This document shows positions 35,425 to 46,295 of a stretch of DNA of 64,000 nucleotides, piece after piece. The translations under genes and the position numbers were made by a program. Under the pieces are notes generated by a model. The model saw only the letters and a program-made list of their open reading frames with translations, was not told the DNA's origin and did not search any database. The stretch comes from Kiloniellaceae bacterium (GTDB lineage Bacteria; Pseudomonadota; Alphaproteobacteria; Kiloniellales; J153): positions 30,147 to 94,146 of the forward strand of contig JAJFGP010000062.1 in NCBI GenBank assembly GCA_021776055.1. Direction: 5' to 3'. Positions within the stretch are counted from its first letter, which is position 1. Each line of letters begins with the position of its first letter.

Positions 35425-35916
35425 TGCCGCCGGATGTTAGCGGCTTCTAAAGCGGGTGAGTAGAGGTCAGAAAAAAAAGCCCCGAACCTTGCGGGTCGGA
35501 GCCTAAACGATTGGCAGTTTCACCACGAAAATAGGCCGCACGCGATGTCGCGGCGGCCTGTGTCACACCGGAAAAAATTTCCCAATGTAACTAATTTGTG
35601 AAGGTTCACCGTAACGCTGTCAATAGGTTACCAATGAAAGCTTGCGGTTAAATCCAGTCTTCGTGGTTCTGACTTCCCGATTGGTTAACTGCGTGCGAGC
35701 CGGACTATGAAGTATTTTGGCTCACGGATGCCGTGGCCGCCGCCTGGCCGAAAAGTATACCTCCCAACACGCGGGCCATGCGGCTTTGCTGTTGCCAGAC
35801 TTGGCGCTCTGGGCTATTGTATACCACGACTGCCGGGATAAGGTCAGGAACGTCCGGCGGCCTCGAATCTAACCCGGATCCATGCGGAAAATAACAGGCG
35901 TTCAAGAAGCTTCATC

Positions 35917-36603
35917 ATGCCCAGAGAGCTCAAAGTCGAGGCGATCCAAAGCTCGTTCAGCTTGAAGGAGCACATCTACGCGGTGCTCAAGGACGGCATT
36001 TCCGAGATGAATATCTATGCCGACGATGCGCAGTTGAAGCTGGACGAGCGGCAACTCGCGGAACAACTGAAGATCAGCCGTACGCCCATCCGCGAGGCTT
36101 TGGCGCGCCTGGAGCAGGAGGGGTTGGTCACGGTCGTCCCGCGCCGCGGGGTCTATATCGCCAGGAAGACCAAGGAAGAGATTCTGGAGATGATCACGGT
36201 CTGGGCGGCCCTCGAAAGCATGGCGGCCCGGTTGATTACGCTGAACGCGAGCGACGAGAAGATCGCCTCGCTGCGTAAGCTGTTCACCAGCTTCGAGAAC
36301 GAGCAGGTGCAGGCCAGCATCGATGAGTATTCCGACCGGAACATCGAATTCCACCAATCGATCCTCGAAATTAGTGGATGCGCGCTTCTGAAGCGCACCG
36401 CCGAAGGGTTGTTCCTGCACATGCGGGGCATTCGCGCCAGGACCATCGGCGAAAAGGACAGGGCAAAGCGTTCCATCATCGATCACATGCATATCATCGA
36501 GGCGCTTGAGCAGCGCGACACGGAACTGGCGGAGCGGCTGGTGCGCGAGCATACGCTCTGCCTGGCCGCTCACGTCGAAAAGCACGTGGATTACCTTACC
36601 TGA
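35917..36603 (+). CDS. GntR-family regulator (FadR/FCD subfamily)
   Basis: LDERQLAEQLKISRTPIREALARLEQEGLVTVVPRRGVYI wHTH plus an FCD-type helical domain. Confidence 0.9.
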   Translation: MPRELKVEAIQSSFSLKEHIYAVLKDGISEMNIYADDAQLKLDERQLAEQLKISRTPIREALARLEQEGLVTVVPRRGVYIARKTKEEILEMITVWAALESMAARLITLNASDEKIASLRKLFTSFENEQVQASIDEYSDRNIEFHQSILEISGCALLKRTAEGLFLHMRGIRARTIGEKDRAKRSIIDHMHIIEALEQRDTELAERLVREHTLCLAAHVEKHVDYLT

Positions 36604-36631
36604 TAAGGGTACGGCAGTAGGGAGATACGAC

Positions 36632-38356
36632 ATGGGCGAGACGGCAACCGATACCCTCGCGCGGAAAGACCGCTCTGGAGAGGTGATCTCCGGCGGGCAT
36701 CTGGTCGCGAAGGCCCTCAAGAACGAGGGTGTGGACACGATCTTCACGCTCTGCGGCGGTCATATCATCGACATCTACGACGGCTGTCTGGACGAGGGCA
36801 TCCGCATCATCGATGTGCGCCACGAACAGGTGGCCGCCCACGCCGCCGACGGCTATGCACGTCAGACCGGGGGGCTCGGCTGCGTGGTAACAACGGCGGG
36901 GCCGGGTTGCACCAACGCGGTCACGGGAATCGCCACCGCCTTTCGCTCGGAAAGCCCGGTGCTCCATATCGGCGGCCAGGGAGCGCTTACCCAACATAAG
37001 ATGGGCTCGCTGCAAGACTTGCCGCATGTCGACATCATGGCGCCCATCACAAAGTTTGCCGCCAGTGTGAGTTCGACCGAACGGGTCGCCGACATGGTCT
37101 CCATGGCCGCACGAGAGTGCTTTGCCGGTTCTTATGGGCCCTCATACCTGGAGATGCCGCGCGACGTGCTGGATCGCGAGGTGCCTCTGGACAAGGCCGT
37201 GATCCCCAAGGCCAGCCACTACCGCGCATCGACCAAGTCCATCGGCGATCCCGCCGACATCGAGCGGCTTGCCGATATTCTCGTGAAGGCGGAACGCCCG
37301 TGTGTCTTGCTCGGCTCCCAGGTCTGGAGCAGCCGGGGCCATGAAGCTGCCATCGACCTGGTGCGCGCGCTCAACATCCCGGCCTATTTCAACGGCGGCG
37401 GCCGCGGCCTGCTGCCGCCAGGCGATCCGCACCACTTTCACCGCACCCGGCGCCTGGCCTTCGACAAGGCGGACGTCATCCTGATTGTCGGCACACCTTT
37501 CGACTTCCGCATGGGGTACGGCAAACGGCTGCGCGCCGAGGCAACCGTCGTGCAGATCGACATGGACTACCGCACCGTAGGCAAGAACCGCGACATCTCG
37601 CTGGGCCTGGTAGGCGATCCCGGTGCCATCCTGAAGGCCGTACACGACGCGACCACGAGTCGGAACGGCAACGGCGCCGCCGGTCGCAAAGATTGGTTGG
37701 CTGAGTTGCGCGCGGCCGAGGGGAAGGCCACCGACAAACTGATGCCTCTCTTTCTCTCCGACAAATCGCCGATCCACCCGTACCGTGTCGCCTGGGAGAT
37801 CAATGAGTTCCTGACCGACGACACGATCTATATCGGCGATGGCGGCGACGTGGTTACCATCAGCGCCCAGGCCGTGCAGCCACGCGCGCCCGGCAACTGG
37901 ATGGACCCGGGCGCGCTGGGCAGTCTGGGGGTCGGCACCGGCTTCGCCCTGGCCTCCAAGCTGGCGCACCCGAAAAAAGAGGTGCTCTGCTACTACGGCG
38001 ATGGCGCCTTTGGCATGACCGCCTTCGATATGGAGACGGCCAACCGCTTCGGCGCGCCCTACATCGCGGTCATCGGCAACAACTCGGCGATGAACCAGAT
38101 TCGCTACGGCCAGCTGTCCAAGTATGGCGAACAGCGCGGCAGCATCGGCAACAAACTGGGCGACGTTCCCTTCGGCAAATTCGCCGAGATGCTGGGCGGT
38201 TACGGCGAGGAAGTGCGCGACGCCGGCGAGATCGCGCCAGCGCTCCAGCGCGCCCGTGAAGCCGTGCAGCGCGACGGCAAGTCCGCCGTCGTGAATATTT
38301 GGGTAGACCCGAACGAGTACGCGCCCGGCACAAAGGCGCAGACGATGTACAAGTGA
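36632..38356 (+). CDS. thiamine-pyrophosphate enzyme (acetolactate synthase / oxalyl-CoA decarboxylase superfamily)
   Basis: HEQVAAHAADGYARQTG, TTAGPGCTNAVTGIA, C-terminal GDGAFGMTAFDMETANRF...IGNNS TPP motif. Start trimmed to ATG 36632. The subfamily cannot be fixed by eye. Confidence 0.8.
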   Translation: MGETATDTLARKDRSGEVISGGHLVAKALKNEGVDTIFTLCGGHIIDIYDGCLDEGIRIIDVRHEQVAAHAADGYARQTGGLGCVVTTAGPGCTNAVTGIATAFRSESPVLHIGGQGALTQHKMGSLQDLPHVDIMAPITKFAASVSSTERVADMVSMAARECFAGSYGPSYLEMPRDVLDREVPLDKAVIPKASHYRASTKSIGDPADIERLADILVKAERPCVLLGSQVWSSRGHEAAIDLVRALNIPAYFNGGGRGLLPPGDPHHFHRTRRLAFDKADVILIVGTPFDFRMGYGKRLRAEATVVQIDMDYRTVGKNRDISLGLVGDPGAILKAVHDATTSRNGNGAAGRKDWLAELRAAEGKATDKLMPLFLSDKSPIHPYRVAWEINEFLTDDTIYIGDGGDVVTISAQAVQPRAPGNWMDPGALGSLGVGTGFALASKLAHPKKEVLCYYGDGAFGMTAFDMETANRFGAPYIAVIGNNSAMNQIRYGQLSKYGEQRGSIGNKLGDVPFGKFAEMLGGYGEEVRDAGEIAPALQRAREAVQRDGKSAVVNIWVDPNEYAPGTKAQTMYK

Positions 38357-38423
38357 GGGAGGGCTGCGCGGTAAGGCCCGGAACGGCGAGAATTGACAGA
38401 CAAACAAGGTCCGAGGTGCGGTG

Positions 38424-39692
38424 ATGAAAGCGCTTGAAGGTGTTCGTGTTTTGGATTTCACGCATGTGCAGTCGGGTCCGACCTGCACGCAGCTTATGGC
38501 GTGGTTCGGAGCCGAGGTGATCAAGGTGGAGAGGCCCGGTGTCGGCGACATCACACGCGGCCAGCTACGCGATTTGCCCGACGTCGATTCGCTCTACTTC
38601 ACCATGCTTAACGCCAACAAAAAGTCGATCACCCTCGACACGAAGAACAAGGGTGGCAAGCAGGTTCTGGAACGCCTCGTCAAGTCGTGCGACGTGCTGG
38701 TCGAGAATTTCGCGCCGGGCGCGCTGGATCGCATGGGTTTTTCCTGGGAGCGCATCCAGGAGCTTAACCCGCGAATGATCTACGCCTCGGTCAAGGGCTT
38801 CGGGCCTGGGCCCTATGAGGACTGCAAGGTCTATGAAAACGTCGCGCAGTGCACCGGGGGATCGGCCTCGACCACCGGCTTCGAGGACGGGCCACCGCTA
38901 GTCACCGGGGCGCAGATCGGCGATAGCGGCACCGGCCTTCATTTAGCGCTAGGTATTGTGACGGCGCTCTTCCAGCGCGAGAAGTCCGGTCGGGGTCAGC
39001 GGGTGCTGGCGGCGATGCAGGACGGCGTGCTCAACCTGGCCCGCGTCAAGCTCCGCGACCAGCAACGCTTGGCTCACGGACCGCTCAAGGAATACCCGCA
39101 GTACGCCAACGGCGGTTTCACCGACGAATGTCCGCGCGCCGGCAATGCCTCGGGCGGGGGGCAGCCGGGTTGGGCCGTGAAGACCAAGGGCGGCGGTGCC
39201 AACGATTACATCTATGTGATCATCCAACCGCCGGGCTGGGCCGAATACATGAAGCTTTGCGGGCGCGCCGAGTTGATCGACGATCCGGACTGGGCAACAC
39301 CCGAGGCGCGGTTGCACAAGCTCGACAAGTGCTTTGGGATTATCGAGGAATGGACCAAGACCAAAGATAAGTTCGAGGTCATGGAGATCCTCAACAAAGT
39401 CAACATCCCCTGCGGCCCGATCCTGTCGATGAAGGAACTGGCAGCGGAGCCGTCGCTACGGGCGACCGGCACGATCGTCGAAGTCGATCACCCAACGCGA
39501 GGCAAATACCTAACCGTCGGCAACCCGATTAAACTTTCCGACTCGCCAACCGACGTCGAGCGGTCACCGCTGTTGGGTGAACACACCCTCGAGATTCTGA
39601 ACGAGGTGTTGGGATACAGCGAGGAAGAGATCGAATCTATTCGGCAAAGCGGGGCAGTGGGCAAGATCGCGGAGCCGGTTGCGGCGGAGTAA
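38424..39692 (+). CDS. frc: formyl-CoA:oxalate CoA-transferase
   Basis: Close by eye to Oxalobacter/E. coli Frc: [67 protein letters not shown]. Confidence 0.9.
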   Translation: MKALEGVRVLDFTHVQSGPTCTQLMAWFGAEVIKVERPGVGDITRGQLRDLPDVDSLYFTMLNANKKSITLDTKNKGGKQVLERLVKSCDVLVENFAPGALDRMGFSWERIQELNPRMIYASVKGFGPGPYEDCKVYENVAQCTGGSASTTGFEDGPPLVTGAQIGDSGTGLHLALGIVTALFQREKSGRGQRVLAAMQDGVLNLARVKLRDQQRLAHGPLKEYPQYANGGFTDECPRAGNASGGGQPGWAVKTKGGGANDYIYVIIQPPGWAEYMKLCGRAELIDDPDWATPEARLHKLDKCFGIIEEWTKTKDKFEVMEILNKVNIPCGPILSMKELAAEPSLRATGTIVEVDHPTRGKYLTVGNPIKLSDSPTDVERSPLLGEHTLEILNEVLGYSEEEIESIRQSGAVGKIAEPVAAE

Positions 39693-39720
39693 CCGGCGCA
39701 AAATTTCAGGGAGGAAGCGG

Positions 39721-40635
39721 ATGCGGATCGTCGTTCACGGCCAGCAGGCCTTCGGAAAGACCGTGCTCGAGCGCTTGCTCGAGAATCAGGAAGATGTTGT
39801 CGGCGTGTTCTGTGCGCCCGACCGCGAAGGCCGCCCCGACGATCCGTTGAAGGAACTGGCCTTGGAGAAGGGCCTGCCGCTGCACCAGCCGGCATCCTGG
39901 AAGACGCCCGAGGCGGAAGCGCTCATGCGCTCTCTCGATCCCGATCTCTGCGTCATGGCCTACGTCACCCTTTTCGTGCCGCAGCCCGCCCTCGATGCGC
40001 CGACCCGTGGCACCATTCAGTATCACCCCTCGCTGCTGCCCAGGCATCGGGGGCCCAGCTCGATCAACTGGCCGATTATTCAGGGCGAGGCCAAGACGGG
40101 CCTGACGATCTTCTGGCCCGATGAGGGGCTCGACGAAGGACCGATTTTGCTCCAGAAGGAGGTCGATATCGGACCCGACGACACCCTGGGCACTCTCTAT
40201 TTCAATCACCTCTTCCCCATGGGCGTGGACGCCATGGTCGAGGCCGTGGACCTGGTTCGCGATGGCCGGGCGCCGCGAATCACGCAAGACCACAGCCAGG
40301 CGACCTACGAGAGCTGGTGCCGCAAGGCCGATGCGCAGATCGATTGGCGCAAGCCGGCGCAAGAGGTTCACAACCTGATCCGTGGTGCCAACCCACAGCC
40401 CGGCGCCTGGACGATGCTGGGCGGGAACGAGCTCAAAATTTTCGACAGCACCCTGGCCGATGCGGCCGGGGAGCCGGGCCGGGTGGTGGACGTCACCGGA
40501 GAGGGCTTTACGGTCGCCACCGGCGTCGGGGCAGTTCGTATCGCCCGGGTCCGCCCGCATGACGACAAGAAAATTTCGGCCGGCGACTACGCCGCCCGCG
40601 TCGGATTGTCCGAGGGCACGCAGCTCGGAGCCTGA
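39721..40635 (+). CDS. formyltransferase-family protein resembling the N-terminal hydrolase domain of 10-formyl-THF dehydrogenase
   Basis: IQYHPSLLPRHRGPSSINWPIIQGEAKTGLTIFWPDEGLDEGPILLQKEV... and ATYESWCRK..IDW. Start trimmed to ATG 39721 (MRIVVHGQQAFG). Confidence 0.8.
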   Translation: MRIVVHGQQAFGKTVLERLLENQEDVVGVFCAPDREGRPDDPLKELALEKGLPLHQPASWKTPEAEALMRSLDPDLCVMAYVTLFVPQPALDAPTRGTIQYHPSLLPRHRGPSSINWPIIQGEAKTGLTIFWPDEGLDEGPILLQKEVDIGPDDTLGTLYFNHLFPMGVDAMVEAVDLVRDGRAPRITQDHSQATYESWCRKADAQIDWRKPAQEVHNLIRGANPQPGAWTMLGGNELKIFDSTLADAAGEPGRVVDVTGEGFTVATGVGAVRIARVRPHDDKKISAGDYAARVGLSEGTQLGA

Positions 40636-40657
40636 GGCGCGACCATAGGAGGCCATC

Positions 40658-41521
40658 ATGACGGTGCGGACCATCCTCGTGCCCGTACGCGGCGACGGGA
40701 AGGGCGATGGCGTTCTCGATCACGCGCTAAGCTTCGCGCGGCCCTATTCGGCTCACATCGATGTGGTTCATTGCCGGCCACGGCCCGAGGACCTTCTGCC
40801 CTTCGGGGTGTCGGTTCCGGCGATCTTGAAAAAGGACATCCTCGCCTCCGCGGGAGCCCTGGCGGACGAGGAAGAGCGGAAGGTGAAGGGCCAATTCGAG
40901 GACTACTGCGCGCGACACAAACTGACGGTCGTCGACGCGCCATCTTGGCCCTCTGATCATGTCTCCGTGTCTTGGCGGGAAAGAACGGGCAAGCAGGCCA
41001 CCATCGTCGGCCTCTACGGGCGTCTGGCCGACGTTACGGTCGTGGCGCAACCCGACAGCCAACGAAACGTCGGGCTCAACACCCTGGAAGCGGCCCTTCT
41101 TGAGACCGGCCGGCTGGTGCTTGTGTGTCCGCCGAAGCCGCCCGGCGACCTCGGGGTCCATGTTGCGTTAGGTTGGAACGGCAGCAGCGAAATATCGCGC
41201 GCTATTACGGCGGCTCTACCCATTCTGGAATCCGCCGAAACGGTCACATTGCTCAGCGCCTCGGACGGCAAGACGGGCTCGCTCAGTCCCGAAGACGGAC
41301 AAGCCTATCTAGCCAGCCATGGCATTGCGTGCGGAATATGGACCATAACAGCGCGCGTCACCGAGACGGGCCAAGCCCTGTTGGCCGGCGCCAAGGAGGC
41401 CGGCGCCGATATCCTGCTGATGGGGGCCTACGGCCAGAGCCGGCGCCGCGAGTTGGTGTTAGGTGGAGTCACGCAACACATCATCGACCACGCCGATCTC
41501 CCTGTTTTACTTATGCATTGA
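40658..41521 (+). CDS. tandem-domain universal stress protein (UspA family)
   Basis: Two Usp-like halves. C-terminal motif LLMGAYGQSRRRELVLGGVTQHII. Confidence 0.85.
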   Translation: MTVRTILVPVRGDGKGDGVLDHALSFARPYSAHIDVVHCRPRPEDLLPFGVSVPAILKKDILASAGALADEEERKVKGQFEDYCARHKLTVVDAPSWPSDHVSVSWRERTGKQATIVGLYGRLADVTVVAQPDSQRNVGLNTLEAALLETGRLVLVCPPKPPGDLGVHVALGWNGSSEISRAITAALPILESAETVTLLSASDGKTGSLSPEDGQAYLASHGIACGIWTITARVTETGQALLAGAKEAGADILLMGAYGQSRRRELVLGGVTQHIIDHADLPVLLMH

Positions 41522-41810
41522 GTAAGATGATCGCCGGCTGAATTTGAGAAAGAGCATGCCGGGCACAGGTCGTAGAACACGCATTGCGATTGTCCGGATC
41601 GCAGAAAACGGCAGAAAGCAATTGAACTGACATGGCGAGCTGCTAAACTGCGGTATGTGGTATACCAAATGCCAAATTGTTCGACGCAATAACAGGCTGG
41701 TGCCATTGGCCCGATAGCGAACAAGCGTCGGCGCTTTACTTGGCGGGGGAGATTCCGGCTATAGTGAAGACTAAAATATCCGCAAAACAAATGTCTGGGA
41801 GGACGTCGTT

Positions 41811-42800
41811 ATGAAAGTTACCAGAAGAATTATTCTGGGATGTGCCCTGACTCTTGGGTTCGGTGCCGCGCTATCGACTTTCGTGAGCGGGACGGCCCTG
41901 GCTTGGGAGCCCAAGAAGCCCGTCGAGTTTGTCATCATGGCCGGACAGGGCGGCGGTGCCGACAAGATGGCCCGTTTGATGCAAACACTGATCGAAAAGA
42001 ACGGCTGGGCTTCGAAACCGCTGACGCCCATCAACAAGCCGGGCGGGTCCGGCGCCGAGGCCTTGGTGCATCTGCAGGGTAAGGCCGATTCCGATCCCGA
42101 CCACACCATCATGGTGACGCTCAACAGCTTCTATACCACGCCGTTGCGTCAGCCTGGCCTGGGAATCGACATCGCGACCTTCACGCCGATTGCGCGGATG
42201 GCAGAGGACACCTTCCTGTTGTGGGTCAACAAGGACTCGGGCATCGGCAACATGGAAGAGTTTGCCGCCGCGGCCAAAGCGGCCGGCAAAGACTGGGTCA
42301 TGGCCGGCACCGGCAAGCTGCAGGAAGATCAGCTCCTGACCGATTTCCTCAACGCGTCCTATGGGCTCGAAATGAAGTACGTGCCCTACAAGGGTGGCGG
42401 AAAGGTGGCCAAGCAGCTGGCCGGCAACCATGCCAACTCGACGGTGAACAATCCCTCCGAGCAGGAAGGCTTCTTCAAGGCCGGCACCGTGGTGCCGTTG
42501 GCTGCCTTCACGCCGACGCGCCTGCCATTGTTCCCTGACGCGCCAACCTTCCGCGAACTGGGCAAAGACTTCGTCTACTTCATGCAGCGCAGCGTCGTTG
42601 GTGCGCCGGGCATGTCGGATGATGCGGCCGCGTACTACCAAGGCCTCTTCGCCAAGGTCTTCGCCTCGCCAGAGTGGCAGAAATACCGCACGAAGAAGAG
42701 CTTGCAGGGCGACCTGCTGCAGGGTCAGGCCCTGAAGGACTACTGGCTCAACGAGCGCGAGATCCATCGTCAGATGCTGGAGAAGATGGGCGCCCTGTAA
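41811..42800 (+). CDS. tctC: tripartite tricarboxylate transporter substrate-binding protein (TctC/Bug family)
   Basis: Signal peptide, PVEFVIMAGQGGGAD, INKPGGSGAEA. Followed by TctB and TctA. Confidence 0.85.
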   Translation: MKVTRRIILGCALTLGFGAALSTFVSGTALAWEPKKPVEFVIMAGQGGGADKMARLMQTLIEKNGWASKPLTPINKPGGSGAEALVHLQGKADSDPDHTIMVTLNSFYTTPLRQPGLGIDIATFTPIARMAEDTFLLWVNKDSGIGNMEEFAAAAKAAGKDWVMAGTGKLQEDQLLTDFLNASYGLEMKYVPYKGGGKVAKQLAGNHANSTVNNPSEQEGFFKAGTVVPLAAFTPTRLPLFPDAPTFRELGKDFVYFMQRSVVGAPGMSDDAAAYYQGLFAKVFASPEWQKYRTKKSLQGDLLQGQALKDYWLNEREIHRQMLEKMGAL

Positions 42801-42859
42801 GGGGAGTCTTTCACTTGTTTCGTCACTGACGAGGCGACGGAGAGAAGAAGGCTGCCATC

Positions 42860-43357
42860 ATGCGCCGCGCGGAAATCGTCACGGCTGTTCTGATGGCGGC
42901 TTTCTCCATCTACTTGATGTGGAAGAGCGCCGAGTTGCCCATCGGGTGGATTCCCGACGAAGGGCCGGGCGGGGGCGCGTTCTCTTTCTGGCTTTCCGCA
43001 ATAATGTTGGTGTGTTGCGTCCTGACCATGATCAATTGGGCCAGGCGCACCACCCCGCCATCGCAGTCCACCGAGCCCTTTATGGACGGCTTCGCACGTA
43101 ACAAGTTCGTGCTGGTTGGTGGCGGCGTGACGGTCATGATCGGTCTGGTCCACGTGATCGGCATGTACGGTGCCATCCCGCTGTTCATGCTTTATTACAT
43201 CCGTTTCCTGGGGCGGCATTCCTGGCTGGTGAGCCTGGCGATCAGCCTCAGCGCGCCCGTCGCCATCTTCTTCTTCTTCGACGTGGCCCTCAGAATCGTT
43301 CTGCCGAAGGGTTATCTGGAGCCACTCTTCTATCCACTTTACGACATTTTCCTTTAG
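42860..43357 (+). CDS. tctB: tripartite tricarboxylate transporter small membrane protein (TctB)
   Basis: 165 aa with four hydrophobic segments, located between tctC and tctA. Confidence 0.75.
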   Translation: MRRAEIVTAVLMAAFSIYLMWKSAELPIGWIPDEGPGGGAFSFWLSAIMLVCCVLTMINWARRTTPPSQSTEPFMDGFARNKFVLVGGGVTVMIGLVHVIGMYGAIPLFMLYYIRFLGRHSWLVSLAISLSAPVAIFFFFDVALRIVLPKGYLEPLFYPLYDIFL

Positions 43358-43387
43358 CCGGGATAAGAGGCAGCCGACGACGAGACG

Positions 43388-44908
43388 ATGGAAATAATAC
43401 AGCACCTTTTGGACGGATTTCTTATTGCGCTCACGCCGTTGAATCTGGCGGTAGTCATCGTGGGCGTGGTAGTCGGGCTTTTCATTGGCGCCATGCCGGG
43501 TTTGGGTTCCGTCAATGGCGTGGCCATTCTGCTGCCGATGACTTTCCTGGTGCCTCCGACGTCGGCGATCATCTTTCTGGCGGCACTCTATTACGGCGCG
43601 ATGTACGGCGGCGCCATAAGTTCCATCATGCTGGGCATACCGGGCGCCTCGACGGCGGTGGCCACCACCTTCGACGGGCGGCCCATGGCGCTGAAGGGGG
43701 AGGCCGATAAGGCCCTGGTGGGGGCGGCGTTGGCGTCGTTCTTCGGTGGGACGCTGTCGATCCTGCTGTTCACCGGATTCGCGCCGCCGCTGGCGAGCAT
43801 CGCGCTCGATTTCGGGGATGCCGAGATCTTCGCTCTCATGTTGCTGGCTTTTGCCACCTTCGTGGGCCTGAGCGGGGACGATATCCCCAAGACCATCTTC
43901 TCGATCTGCATCGGCTTGGTCTTTAGCGCCGTCGGCCTCGACATCATGAGCGGTGAACCGCGGCTGGTCTTCTTTGACGTCATCGGATTCATGCACGGCA
44001 TCAACTTCCTCGTCCTGGCGATCGGGATTTACGGGATCGGCGAGATGCTTTGGACCATCGAGATCACCCGGGGCGAGAGCGCCATGTCGAAGGCGGTTTT
44101 CTCACTGCGGGGCATCCTGGCTCACCTCAAGGAACTTCTGGGCACCTGGAAGGTCGCCACCATCGGCTCGTTGCTCGGGTTCTTCGTGGGTATCCTGCCG
44201 GCCGCCGGTGCTACGCCCGGCTCGTTGATGGCCTACGGTGTGGCGAAGCTGACTTCCAAGAACCCGGCAAGTTTCGGCAAGGGCGAGGTTGCCGGCGTCG
44301 TCGCCCCGGAGGCAGCCAACAATGCGGCCTCGACGGGTGCCATGCTGCCGATGCTGACCCTTGGCATTCCCGGTTCGCCGACCACGGCGATCTTGCTGGG
44401 GGGCATGGTGATCTGGGGCATGGTTCCCGGTCCGACTCTTTTCGTGGACGAGACCGAATTCGTCTGGGGCCTGATCGCCAGCCTCTATGTTGCCAATTTC
44501 TTCGCGGTGCTGATCAACATCTTCTTCATCCCGGTCTTCCTCTGGATGCTGAAGATGCCTTTTACTGTTCTAGCACCGGTCATATTCGTGCTTAGCCTGG
44601 TCGGAGGCTTCGCGCCCACGCAGTCCATGCACGATGTCTGGCTCATGTTGGCCTTTGGCATCGGTGGCTATCTTATGAGGAAGCTCGACTATCCACTGGC
44701 CCCGGCCGTGTTGGCCATCGTCTTGGGACCCATTGCCGAACCAGCGCTTCGACAGTCGCTCCTCATCTCGAACGGCGATTTCACCGTCTTCGTCACCCGG
44801 CCGATCGCCGGACCGATCACGGTCATCGCCCTTATCCTGCTGTTCCTGCCCCTGCTCAAACTGATCCGCGACAAGGTCAAGAACAAGAAGGCAAGCGGCT
44901 CGGCCTGA
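43388..44908 (+). CDS. tctA: tripartite tricarboxylate transporter large permease (TctA)
   Basis: 506 aa polytopic protein. GAMPGLGSVNGVAILLP, YYGAMYGGAISSI, LGIPGSPTTAILLG. Confidence 0.9.
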   Translation: MEIIQHLLDGFLIALTPLNLAVVIVGVVVGLFIGAMPGLGSVNGVAILLPMTFLVPPTSAIIFLAALYYGAMYGGAISSIMLGIPGASTAVATTFDGRPMALKGEADKALVGAALASFFGGTLSILLFTGFAPPLASIALDFGDAEIFALMLLAFATFVGLSGDDIPKTIFSICIGLVFSAVGLDIMSGEPRLVFFDVIGFMHGINFLVLAIGIYGIGEMLWTIEITRGESAMSKAVFSLRGILAHLKELLGTWKVATIGSLLGFFVGILPAAGATPGSLMAYGVAKLTSKNPASFGKGEVAGVVAPEAANNAASTGAMLPMLTLGIPGSPTTAILLGGMVIWGMVPGPTLFVDETEFVWGLIASLYVANFFAVLINIFFIPVFLWMLKMPFTVLAPVIFVLSLVGGFAPTQSMHDVWLMLAFGIGGYLMRKLDYPLAPAVLAIVLGPIAEPALRQSLLISNGDFTVFVTRPIAGPITVIALILLFLPLLKLIRDKVKNKKASGSA

Positions 44909-45124
44909 CCGGCGCGAGACACCGCTCTGACAGAGTGAATTGGCGTAGACGCTCCCGGCGCGCCGCAGCAATCGAGACGATGTGTTTCAAATACATGCTC
45001 GTGCCTCCGGGGTTGGTTTCGGGGTAAAGCATCTTACATATGTCTTGCCGAAATACGGCGAGACGAGGGGCATAACTTCGCCGATGCGCCGGCGCAGATC
45101 GGCCAGGCCTGGAGAAAATCAACT

Positions 45125-45610
45125 ATGAAAAGAACTTTCGTCGCGTTCGCTTTTTTTACGGCCATTTCGGCATTTGGTCCGGCGGGCGCTTGGGCAGCCG
45201 ACTACAAGGTCGGTGACATGACGATCCATTCGCCCTGGGCGCGCGCTACCTTCGCCATGGCCAAAACGGGCGTTGCCTATGTGACAATTCGAAATGAGGG
45301 CAACCAGGCAGACCGTCTCGTCGCCGTTAGCGCGGACGTTGCCAAGAAAACCGGGCTACACGAAAGTCTCATGGAGGATGGCGTGATGAAGATGCGCCCG
45401 GCGGGCGCCGTTGAGATACCGGCGGGCGGCATGGCCATGCTCGAACCCGGCGGTTACCACATTATGTTCATGGGCCTGATAGCTCCCTTCAAAGAAGGGG
45501 AGTCTTTCCCGCTGACGCTGGTTTTCGAGAAGGCTGGCCGGATTGATGTCATCGTCGATGTTCTAAAAGCCGGTAGCATGGGCGACGCAGAAATGAAGCA
45601 CGCCGATTAA
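45125..45610 (+). CDS. periplasmic copper chaperone PCu(A)C (DUF461)
   Basis: Signal peptide. Met/His-rich GGYHIMFMGL and MEDGVMKM motifs. Confidence 0.8.
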   Translation: MKRTFVAFAFFTAISAFGPAGAWAADYKVGDMTIHSPWARATFAMAKTGVAYVTIRNEGNQADRLVAVSADVAKKTGLHESLMEDGVMKMRPAGAVEIPAGGMAMLEPGGYHIMFMGLIAPFKEGESFPLTLVFEKAGRIDVIVDVLKAGSMGDAEMKHAD

Positions 45611-45698
45611 GCTATTGGGCAGCAACTCATTTTGTTCTAACGGATTGGCTGAGTAGGCGCACTGGAAGCGTCTATCGGACGGAAAAAGGGAATCCCAT

Positions 45699-46295
45699 AT
45701 GCAGCGACGGATCGTCATTTTGGCTCTGCTCGTAGTTGCCACGATCGGTGGTGCCCTGGTGTTGAATTTCGCCCGTCCGGCCAGGGATCTACCTAGCGTA
45801 TCATCCAGCATATCCATAGGCGGGGCGTTCACTCTCATCGACCACGATGGCAAAACTGTAACGGATGCGGACTATCGTGGCGGATACGTGCTCATTTTCT
45901 TCGGTTACACGTATTGCCCAGACGTTTGCCCGACAACCATGCAGAACATTTCAGATGCCATGGATTTGCTGGGCGCCAGCGCGGATCAAGTCCAGCCCCT
46001 GTTTATCAGCGTCGATCCGGAGCGCGATACCGCCGAGGTCCTCAAATCATTCGTCGGCAATTTCCACCCGCGAACGATCGGCTTGACCGGAAGTGCCGAA
46101 CAGGTCGCGGCGGTAGCAAAAGCCTACAAGGCATACTTCAAAAAAGTGCAAGAAGAGGGGGTTGCCGACGACGAATACCTGATGAACCACTCCTCGATCA
46201 TCTATTTGATGGGCCCTGACGGCGAATTTGTCGCCCATTTCACGCATGGAACCACATCCGACGATATGGCCGCTGAGATTCGGAAGCACCTTTAA
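45699..46295 (+). CDS. SCO1/SenC-family copper-binding thiol-disulfide protein
   Basis: TM anchor, FFGYTYCPDVCP (CxxxC), downstream His (NHSSIIYLMGPDG). Confidence 0.9.
   Translation: MQRRIVILALLVVATIGGALVLNFARPARDLPSVSSSISIGGAFTLIDHDGKTVTDADYRGGYVLIFFGYTYCPDVCPTTMQNISDAMDLLGASADQVQPLFISVDPERDTAEVLKSFVGNFHPRTIGLTGSAEQVAAVAKAYKAYFKKVQEEGVADDEYLMNHSSIIYLMGPDGEFVAHFTHGTTSDDMAAEIRKHL

Noticed and set aside
35465-35500. A-run followed by a short GC hairpin (AAAAAAAAGCCCCGAACCTTGCGGG), read as a minus-strand terminator just upstream of the R-M gene start.
   Set aside because: The stem is only 4-5 bp, and no minus-strand gene lies upstream for it to terminate. It may be a relic of the insertion event, but the evidence is too weak.
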